The notes under the pieces were generated by a model. It did not search any database. It was given only the letters and a program-made list of their open reading frames with translations, and had not been told where the DNA came from. The position numbers were made by a program, and so were the translations under genes. From a virus: a stretch of DNA of 5,994 nucleotides. The DNA lies in the IMG/VR virus record IMGVR_UViG_3300045988_001368, positions 1 through 5,994 of that record. One strand, written 5' to 3'. Below are positions 1 through 4,936 of the stretch, piece after piece; the first letter of the stretch is position 1, and the number at the start of each line of letters is the position of its first letter.

Positions 1-99
1 CGGACATTACGGAATTTCCGCAGAACATTCACGAGTATCATCGCATGCTCGCGACCGCACAGACAAACGCCATGAAGCTTGAAGAGCTGCAAAAAAAAG
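1..99. repeat. Terminal redundancy, first copy. It is identical to 5896-5994, which indicates a circular genome of 5,895 nt linearised with an assembly overlap.
   Basis: A base-by-base comparison of 1-99 (cggacattacggaatttccg...ctgcaaaaaaaag) with 5896-5994 shows identity over all 99 nt. An ORF reads continuously across the implied junction. Confidence 0.95.
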
Positions 100-149
100 C
101 AGCAGCAGAACCTAAAGCAGAACCTGAAGCAAAGGAGGAAGAAAAGTGA
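1..149 (+). CDS. VP3: Internal scaffolding protein VP3, C-terminal part. It continues the ORF that starts at 5646 and wraps the circular junction. The full protein is 132 aa.
   Basis: The frame with codons at 3, 6, 9... continues the 5646 ORF, because 5895 is divisible by 3. It reads ...DITEFPQNIHEYHRMLATAQTNAMKLEELQKKAAAEPKAEPEAKEEEK and stops at TGA 147-149. That stop overlaps the VP1 GTG start as GTGA. The acidic/lysine-rich tail and the position just upstream of VP1 are typical of gokushovirus VP3. Confidence 0.8.
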   Translation, partial: DITEFPQNIHEYHRMLATAQTNAMKLEELQKKAAAEPKAEPEAKEEEK

Positions 150-1843
150 ATCGAAACAATGAACGGCACTTTAACCAGATTCCGAAAATGAAGGCAAGTC
201 GAACACGATTCAACCGTGACCAGACCATTCTCACAACGTTTGATTCCGGCAAACTGATTCCATTTTACGTGGACGAAGTATTACCAGGCGACACGTTTAG
301 CGTGGACACGTCTGCAATTATCAGAATGACCACACCAAAGTATCCGGTGATGGACGATGCCTTCATTGACTTCTACTACTTCTACTGTCCGAACAGAATC
401 CTGTGGGATGACTTCAGACAGTTCATGGGAGAAGTAGAAGACACACCTTGGACGCCAACTAAAGAATACAAAGTACCAAAGTTAGTATTTAACACTGGAA
501 CGCAAAGCCAACCGTTTGAAGGAAGTATTTTAGACTACATGGGAGTACCGACAAAGGCAATCAACCCCCAAAAAAATAACAGAGTAGGAATAAACGCATT
601 GCCTGTCAGAGCATACGTCAAAATCTGGAACGAATTTTTCAGAGATGAAAACGTAGACAACTCAGCAACATTAAAAACGACAAGTGAAGATCAAAGCTAT
701 GAAGACGGGGGAGAAAATGAAACACTAGACGAAGTTTTAAAGCAAGCATGGAAAGGTGGCAGATGCTTGCCGGTAAACAAGTTCCACGACTACTTCACAA
801 GCTGTCTCCCATATCCTCAGCGCGGACCAGAAACGACATTGCCGATAACGGGCAACGCACCTATCAGATTGGGAAACCAAAACGCAACTTATCTAGAATT
901 TGGTGGACCAGTAGAAATGGTACTAGGAGCAACAAGTGCATCAGACAAACCCGGTTCTCTGGCATATACAAACAAAACGGGAAAGCCCGGAGATAGAAAA
1001 GCTATGCTTTTCACCGGAAAGGAAAAAACAAGCGGCGAAATAGGAGCGGGAGGATGGATGTATGCAGACCTAAGCGAAGTAACCGCTACAACCGTCAACG
1101 ACCTGAGAAAAGCCGTAGCAGTACAGCAGTACTACGAAGCACTTGCAAGAGGTGGCAGCAGATACCGCGAGCAGGTGCAAGCGCTGTGGGATGTGGTTAT
1201 CAGCGATAAAACCGTGCAAATCCCGGAATACCTTGGCGGTGGCAGATATCATGTCAACATGAACCAAATCGTGCAGACCAGCGGACAGCAGACGGACACA
1301 GACACACCTATAGGCGAAACCGGTGCAGTATCAGTAACGCCAGTCAATGAAAGTAGCTTTACGAAATCTTTTGAAGAGCACGGATTTGTAATCGGTGTCT
1401 GTTGTGTGCGACACAATCACAGTTACCAGCAAGGCTTGGAGCGTTTCTGGAGCAGAACTGACCGACTGGACTACTATGTACCGCAGTTCGCAAACTTAGG
1501 TGAGCAGCCTGTAAAAAAGAGGGAAATCATGCTCACAGGCGAAACAACAGACGAAGAGACGTTTGGATATCAGGAAGCCTGGTCAGACTACCGGATGAAA
1601 CCTAACCGCGTATCAGGCAAAATGAGAAGCAACGCAACCGGAACACTGGACTTCTGGCACTACGCGGACGACTACAAAGCCGTACCGACACTGTCACAAG
1701 AGTGGATGGCGGAAGGAAAAGAAGAAATTGCGCGAACGTTAATCGTACAGGAAGAGCCGCAATTTTTCGGTGCTATCAGGGTAGCAAACAAAACCACAAG
1801 ACGGATGCCGTTGTACAGCGTACCGGGCTTGTACAAACTGTAA
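146..1843 (+). CDS. VP1: Major capsid protein VP1 (Microviridae F-like capsid, gokushovirus type), 565 aa.
   Basis: The N-terminal signature is FNRDQTILTTFDSGKLIPFYVDEVLPGDTF. Other conserved blocks are LPVRAYVKIWNEFFRDEN, YYEALARGGSRY, IPEYLGG, FEEHGFVIGV and FGYQEAWSDYR. The GTG start at 146 lies 7 nt after a strong SD (GGAGG, 134-138). The size is typical of gokushovirus VP1. Confidence 0.95.
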   Translation: MNRNNERHFNQIPKMKASRTRFNRDQTILTTFDSGKLIPFYVDEVLPGDTFSVDTSAIIRMTTPKYPVMDDAFIDFYYFYCPNRILWDDFRQFMGEVEDTPWTPTKEYKVPKLVFNTGTQSQPFEGSILDYMGVPTKAINPQKNNRVGINALPVRAYVKIWNEFFRDENVDNSATLKTTSEDQSYEDGGENETLDEVLKQAWKGGRCLPVNKFHDYFTSCLPYPQRGPETTLPITGNAPIRLGNQNATYLEFGGPVEMVLGATSASDKPGSLAYTNKTGKPGDRKAMLFTGKEKTSGEIGAGGWMYADLSEVTATTVNDLRKAVAVQQYYEALARGGSRYREQVQALWDVVISDKTVQIPEYLGGGRYHVNMNQIVQTSGQQTDTDTPIGETGAVSVTPVNESSFTKSFEEHGFVIGVCCVRHNHSYQQGLERFWSRTDRLDYYVPQFANLGEQPVKKREIMLTGETTDEETFGYQEAWSDYRMKPNRVSGKMRSNATGTLDFWHYADDYKAVPTLSQEWMAEGKEEIARTLIVQEEPQFFGAIRVANKTTRRMPLYSVPGLYKL

Positions 1844-1853
1844 GAAAGGAGGA

Positions 1854-1880
1854 AGCCCGGAGAAATCCGGGCTATTTTTA
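1854..1880 (+). terminator. Rho-independent terminator or attenuator hairpin after VP1.
   Basis: The 8-bp stem pairs AGCCCGGA (1854-1861) with TCCGGGCT (1866-1873) around a GAAA tetraloop. It is followed by ATTTTTA (1874-1880). It sits between the VP1 stop (1841-1843) and the VP2 ATG (1882). Confidence 0.7.
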
Positions 1881-1881
1881 A

Positions 1882-2745
1882 ATGGGAGCATTATCAGGAT
1901 TCTTAACAGCACTCAACGTAGCCGGAAACATTGCAAATACAGTTGGAACATTTGCAAACGCCGGAAAACAAATCGCCGGAGCGTTTGGTGGATGGGGTCA
2001 GACGGGCAACAGCCAGAGCCAGGGCGGAAGCACAAGCCAAGGCGGCGGGCACTCAGAAAGCGGAAGCCAAGCGGGAACAAACATCCAACAGGTAAATGAC
2101 TGGCTTAAACAGGCATATGCATACCAAGGGCAAGAAGCAGCCATGCAAGGTAAATACAACAGTCAAAGCATGCTAAAACAGATGGGTTACAACACCTTAC
2201 AAGCAATCATGCAAGGCGTATATAATCACATTGAAAACAGCGTAGCAATGAACTACAACAGTGCAGAAGCACTAGCAAACCGTGAATGGCAAGAGCACAT
2301 GTCAAGCACAGCATACCAGCGAGCCGTTGAGGACATGAAAAAAGCAGGGCTTAACCCTATCTTAGCTTTTTCAAATGGTGGCGCAAGCACACCAGGCGGT
2401 AGTGCGGGAACAATCAGCGGTGCGAGTATGGGTCTCGCAAGCAGCAGTGCACTAGGAGTAAGCAGAAGCGGCGGATTCGTACCAAATGCATACTCAAGTT
2501 CAAGCTGGAGTCAAAGCGACTGGTATAATGCAGCGCAAAGCTGGCAACAAATGCTTAGTACGACACATATGACGCCATACGGACTGCAAAAAGCGCTTAC
2601 AGAAGTCGGAAACGACACAAGCAAAGCCATTACAGATGCAACAGCAAAGGCAGACAAAGGCGCAGGGCAGAACAGAAGCATGAAGCCACAAGACAAAACA
2701 GGAAGCTACGGAGAAAAACGAAAGCCAGGTGATTATTTAAAATGA
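1882..2745 (+). CDS. VP2: DNA pilot / minor capsid protein VP2, 287 aa.
   Basis: It carries the conserved microvirus pilot-protein block REWQEHMSSTAYQRAVEDMKKAGLNPILAF. The N-terminus is hydrophobic and Gly/Ala-rich (MGALSGFLTALNVAGNIANTVG). A G/S/Q low-complexity linker follows at about nt 1987-2076. Its position directly after VP1 fits. The TGA stop overlaps the VP4 ATG as ATGA at 2742-2745. Confidence 0.9.
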   Translation: MGALSGFLTALNVAGNIANTVGTFANAGKQIAGAFGGWGQTGNSQSQGGSTSQGGGHSESGSQAGTNIQQVNDWLKQAYAYQGQEAAMQGKYNSQSMLKQMGYNTLQAIMQGVYNHIENSVAMNYNSAEALANREWQEHMSSTAYQRAVEDMKKAGLNPILAFSNGGASTPGGSAGTISGASMGLASSSALGVSRSGGFVPNAYSSSSWSQSDWYNAAQSWQQMLSTTHMTPYGLQKALTEVGNDTSKAITDATAKADKGAGQNRSMKPQDKTGSYGEKRKPGDYLK

Positions 2746-3761
2746 GTTGTTACAAGCCATTAATAAGGCTGTACAACCCGGAAAACAAAGACATAAGCGG
2801 GCGGGTGTATTCACTTGCCCGCTTTTCTGAAATATCGGGAAAACAGCTCAAATATGAAGATTTGATGTATAGAAAAGATGTCATGCTAATACCATGCGGG
2901 CAGTGTATCGGATGCAGAATCAGACAGAGAGAAGACTGGACAACACGAATAGAATTAGAAGCACGAGACTATCCAAGAGAAGAAGTCTGGTTTATAACAT
3001 TAACATATGACGATGACCACGTACCAGGCATGATAGTAAGCACAGGCGAAATCATGCGAAAAGTACAGTATGTCTGGAAGCCGGGAGAGAAGCGCCCTGA
3101 AAGCGTCCAAACGTTGCTATATACTGACGTTCAAAAGTTCTTAAAACGTCTCAGAAAAGCTTATAGGGGCAAATTACGCTATTTTGTAGCAGGAGAGTAC
3201 GGAGAACAAACAGCCAGGCCGCATTATCATATGATACTGTATGGATGGCAACCAACAGACCTGGAGCACCTATACAAAATACAACACAACGGATATTTCA
3301 CAAGTAAATGGTTAGCGGACCTATGGGGCATGGGTCAAATCCAGATAGCACAAGCAGTGCCGGAAACCTATAGATATGTTGCGGGATACGTTACGAAAAA
3401 AATGTACGAAATTGACGGTCAAAAAGCAAACGAATACTACGAACTAGGGCAACAAAAACCTTTTGCATGTATGAGCCTAAAGCCAGGTTTAGGAGATAAC
3501 TATTACCAAAAGCACAAAGCAGAAATCTGGAGACAAGGCTATATCCAATGCACAAACGGCAAACGCGCACAAATTCCGCGCTATTATGAAAAAATGATGG
3601 AAGCTGAAAACCCACAAAGATTATGGAGAATTAAACAGAACAGACAAGCAACAGCAATTGCAGAAAACCGGCTAAAGTACGAAAACACAAACTTTGCAGA
3701 ACAATGCAAGACGAAAGAAAGGGTCATCAAGAAGCAGATGAAGAAGAGAGGGACACTTTAA
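2742..3761 (+). CDS. VP4: Replication initiation protein VP4 (HUH rolling-circle endonuclease, phiX174 A-like), 339 aa.
   Basis: A Cys cluster (PCGQCIGCR) and motif 1 (FITLTYDD) are present. The HUH motif PHYHMILYG has its HYH codons at 3222-3230. The two-tyrosine catalytic motif YVAGYVTKK compares with YVAKYVNK in phiX174 A. Confidence 0.95.
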   Translation: MSCYKPLIRLYNPENKDISGRVYSLARFSEISGKQLKYEDLMYRKDVMLIPCGQCIGCRIRQREDWTTRIELEARDYPREEVWFITLTYDDDHVPGMIVSTGEIMRKVQYVWKPGEKRPESVQTLLYTDVQKFLKRLRKAYRGKLRYFVAGEYGEQTARPHYHMILYGWQPTDLEHLYKIQHNGYFTSKWLADLWGMGQIQIAQAVPETYRYVAGYVTKKMYEIDGQKANEYYELGQQKPFACMSLKPGLGDNYYQKHKAEIWRQGYIQCTNGKRAQIPRYYEKMMEAENPQRLWRIKQNRQATAIAENRLKYENTNFAEQCKTKERVIKKQMKKRGTL

Positions 3762-3780
3762 CAGTGTCATGGTGTCACCT

Positions 3781-3812
3781 AGCCCAGTACCTATCAAGTA
3801 AGGTACTGGGCT
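3781..3812 (+). other. Perfect 12-bp stem-loop 20 nt downstream of the VP4 stop. Its function is unknown. It could be an ssDNA structural signal (origin or priming site) or a T-tract-less terminator.
   Basis: AGCCCAGTACCT (3781-3792) and AGGTACTGGGCT (3801-3812) are exact reverse complements around an 8-nt loop, ATCAAGTA. No T-run follows; the next bases are ATTGTCGTC. Confidence 0.6.
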
Positions 3813-3873
3813 ATTGTCGTCTAAAGACTCCATGTATCACACTATTCAGTCTATCAAATAGCTATTCTCTTAT

Positions 3874-3916
3874 CGCGCGTGCGCACGCGCGCGAAACGCA
3901 CACGCGCGCACGCGCG
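3874..3916. repeat. GC-rich island made of two 20-nt alternating pyrimidine-purine tracts, with an internal 18-nt perfect palindrome and a direct repeat.
   Basis: Bases 3874-3893 (cgcgcgtgcgcacgcgcgcg) and 3897-3916 (cgcacacgcgcgcacgcgcg) each show perfect Y-R alternation and are separated by AAA. Bases 3874-3891 are their own reverse complement. GCGCACGCGCG occurs at both 3881-3891 and 3906-3916. Bases 3875-3883 are also complementary to 3907-3915, which allows an alternative fold. Confidence 0.85.
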
Positions 3917-3931
3917 GCCTTTTAGGCGCTA

Positions 3932-3961
3932 TTGTTCGCAAGCTCACAAGCGCCGTATAAT
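3932..3961 (+). promoter_or_regulatory. Weak candidate sigma70-type promoter.
   Basis: A perfect TATAAT lies at 3956-3961, but the -35 is poor (TTGTTC, 3932-3937, 18-nt spacer). No ORF lies directly downstream. This is a low-confidence call. Confidence 0.25.
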
Positions 3962-3993
3962 ATTAACTTGTTGTAGGAGTAGTAGTAGGCAAT

Positions 3994-4167
3994 GTGGAAA
4001 AGTTGAAAAGTACTAAAATTTAACGTTAGAACGTAAATAAAAAGCAAAAAACACTGTTGAAAGTTTTGTTGAAAAATTGTTGAATTGTTGAAAGTTCGTT
4101 AAAATGACGGAAACCTTTGTGCAACATTTTGTTGAAAACCTGTTGAAAGTGTTGAAAGTGTTGAAAA
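3994..4167 (+). repeat. Iteron-like, one-directional array of (T)GTTGAAA repeats in non-coding DNA.
   Basis: Perfect GTTGAAA copies start at 4002, 4056, 4068, 4087, 4131, 4142, 4151 and 4160. Seven of these are preceded by T. One-mismatch copies lie at 3994 (GTGGAAA), 4079 (GTTGAAT) and 4098 (GTTAAAA). The last three perfect copies form a 9-nt tandem, TGTTGAAAG x3, at 4141-4167. All copies share one orientation, mostly spaced 8-12 nt apart. An A-rich tract at 4035-4054 sits inside the array. Confidence 0.85.
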
Positions 4168-4308
4168 CGCGCACAGCGCTAAAAAGGAATGGATTTAGCC
4201 GAATTCCGCTGCGCTCCATACGGCAAGGCGCTAAAGCGCCCTCAAAACAAAGGAGCAAAACCGGGTTACAAGAGAAGGTTACAATTTTATTACAAAACAG
4301 CAAAATCA

Positions 4309-4337
4309 TTGAAAAACCTATTGACAAGTGATATAAT
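4309..4337 (+). promoter_or_regulatory. Strong sigma70-type promoter with an extended -10, driving the accessory ORF cluster.
   Basis: The -35 is TTGAAA (4309-4314). An exact 17-nt spacer follows. The TG extension is at 4329-4330 and a perfect TATAAT is at 4332-4337. The predicted transcription start is near 4344, about 25 nt before the SD-preceded ATG at 4369. Confidence 0.6.
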
Positions 4338-4368
4338 AAGGTCAAGGAAAGAAAGGAAGGTGCCCAAA

Positions 4369-4530
4369 ATGACACAGAAAAGCTACAGAGTCGAAATGAC
4401 AAACACAAAAACAGGCAAGAAAGAAGTACGCCACACATTAGCAGAAAGCAAAGAACTCGCAAAGCGTCTCATCTGGGTAAGAAATGACATCGAAAGCCAA
4501 TGGAAGATAAACAAAATAGAAGAGGATTAA
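4369..4530 (+). CDS. Hypothetical small protein, 53 aa, first ORF of the accessory cluster.
   Basis: ATG 4369 lies 8 nt after AGGAAGG (4355-4360 region) and downstream of the 4309-4337 promoter. The sequence is MTQKSYRVEMTNTKTGKKEVRHTLAESKELAKRLIWVRNDIESQWKINKIEED. The track ORF begins at 4189, but that extension would contain the promoter and has no usable SD. I recognise no family. Confidence 0.5.
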   Translation: MTQKSYRVEMTNTKTGKKEVRHTLAESKELAKRLIWVRNDIESQWKINKIEED

Positions 4531-4545
4531 GGAGGGTTGACAAAA

Positions 4546-4935
4546 ATGCTTAAAAGCTATATCATGGACACAGAAGCAAACGAAAAAGTCGGACAGCACT
4601 TCAAAGTAAAGGAATTCGCTTGCAAAGACGGTTCACAGGTAGTTTTTATAGACAGTTACCTAGTGTCAATCCTAGACATCCTCAGAAACGAAGTCGGAAA
4701 ACCTGTAATCATCAACAGCGGATACCGGACACCGACAAGGAATAAAGAAGCAGGCGGTGCAAAATACTCATACCATATGCGCGGTATGGCCGCAGACATT
4801 CGAATAAACGGAATGAGCTCAAAAGAAATTGCCGGCAAACTGGATAAAATCATTCCGTATGAATGCGGCATTATCGTATACAAAAACTGGGTGCACATAG
4901 ACACGCGCACCAAAAAATACAGAAAGGGGGTATAA
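4546..4935 (+). CDS. Zinc metallopeptidase of family M15 (Peptidase_M15_3 / DUF882 / VanY-like LAS fold), a candidate peptidoglycan peptidase, 129 aa.
   Basis: The motifs are FKVKEFACKDG, INSGYRTPTRNKEAGGAKYSYH and MRGMAAD, followed by NWVHIDTR. The zinc triad is H77 (CAT 4774-4776), D84 (GAC 4795-4797) and H117 (CAC 4894-4896), with H-x6-D spacing as in VanX/VanY-type enzymes. ATG 4546 lies 10 nt after GGAGG (4531-4535). The track's TTG at 4537 is too close to the SD. There is no N-terminal signal or TM segment. Confidence 0.85.
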   Translation: MLKSYIMDTEANEKVGQHFKVKEFACKDGSQVVFIDSYLVSILDILRNEVGKPVIINSGYRTPTRNKEAGGAKYSYHMRGMAADIRINGMSSKEIAGKLDKIIPYECGIIVYKNWVHIDTRTKKYRKGV

Positions 4936-4936
4936 A

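Noticed and set aside
91-98. An A8 homopolymer in the VP3 C-terminal region, considered as a programmed frameshift site that might fuse VP3 to VP1.
   Set aside because: A -1 shift at the run meets a TAA at 113-115 after a few codons, so no fusion product is possible. It probably just encodes the KK in the lysine-rich tail.
1-99. The terminal direct repeats, considered as LTR/att-like ends of a mobile element.
   Set aside because: The exact duplication interrupts a single continuous ORF (VP3), and the gene content is a complete microvirus. This is the standard signature of a circular contig assembled with an overlap.
748-996. An 82-aa + strand ORF embedded in VP1 in another frame, considered as a possible phiX174 E-like overlapping lysis gene.
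   Set aside because: The protein is highly basic and hydrophilic with no TM helix, and there is no SD before ATG 748. It is most likely a chance open frame.
3704-3925. A 73-aa ORF running from the VP4 C-terminus through the hairpin and the GC island (...ARAHARETHTRARAAF).
   Set aside because: The C-terminal half merely translates the CG/CA alternating repeats. There is no SD, and the region is better explained as structured non-coding DNA.
3992-4006. A mini-ORF (MWKS*) 13 nt after an AGGAG (3975-3979), and a DnaA-box-like TGTGGAAAA at 3993-4001.
   Set aside because: The ORF is only 4 codons long. The DnaA-box similarity (8 of 9 to TGTGNATAA) is a single copy and is more simply read as a degenerate member of the TGTTGAAA repeat family.
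4141-4167. The short tandem repeats, considered as a CRISPR array or mini-array.
   Set aside because: The repeat unit is only 8-9 nt with no unique spacers of CRISPR size (about 30 nt). There are no cas genes, and a microvirus genome is an implausible context.
4104-4331. A 75-aa ORF (MTETFVQHFVENLLKVLKVLK...) across the repeat array.
   Set aside because: There is no SD upstream of ATG 4104. The LKVLKVLK segment is the translation of the TGTTGAAAG tandem, and the ORF ends inside the promoter. A small basic protein cannot be fully excluded, but support is weak.
4189-4368. The N-terminal 60-codon extension of the 113-aa track ORF, and the TTG 4537 start of the peptidase ORF.
   Set aside because: ATG 4189 has its AGGA directly abutting the start codon, and the extension would contain the strong -35/-10 promoter. 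The internal ATG 4369 has a properly spaced SD. TTG 4537 is only 1 nt from the GGAGG, whereas ATG 4546 is 10 nt away.
4013-4462. A 149-aa minus-strand ORF rich in Leu/Phe/Cys/Ser, which superficially looks like a multi-pass membrane protein or holin.
   Set aside because: It is the antisense reading of an A-rich, repeat-filled non-coding region plus the start of a + strand gene. Its NTFNTFN and FQQFNNF stretches simply mirror the TGTTGAAA repeats. No SD is apparent, and Microviridae encode all genes on one strand.
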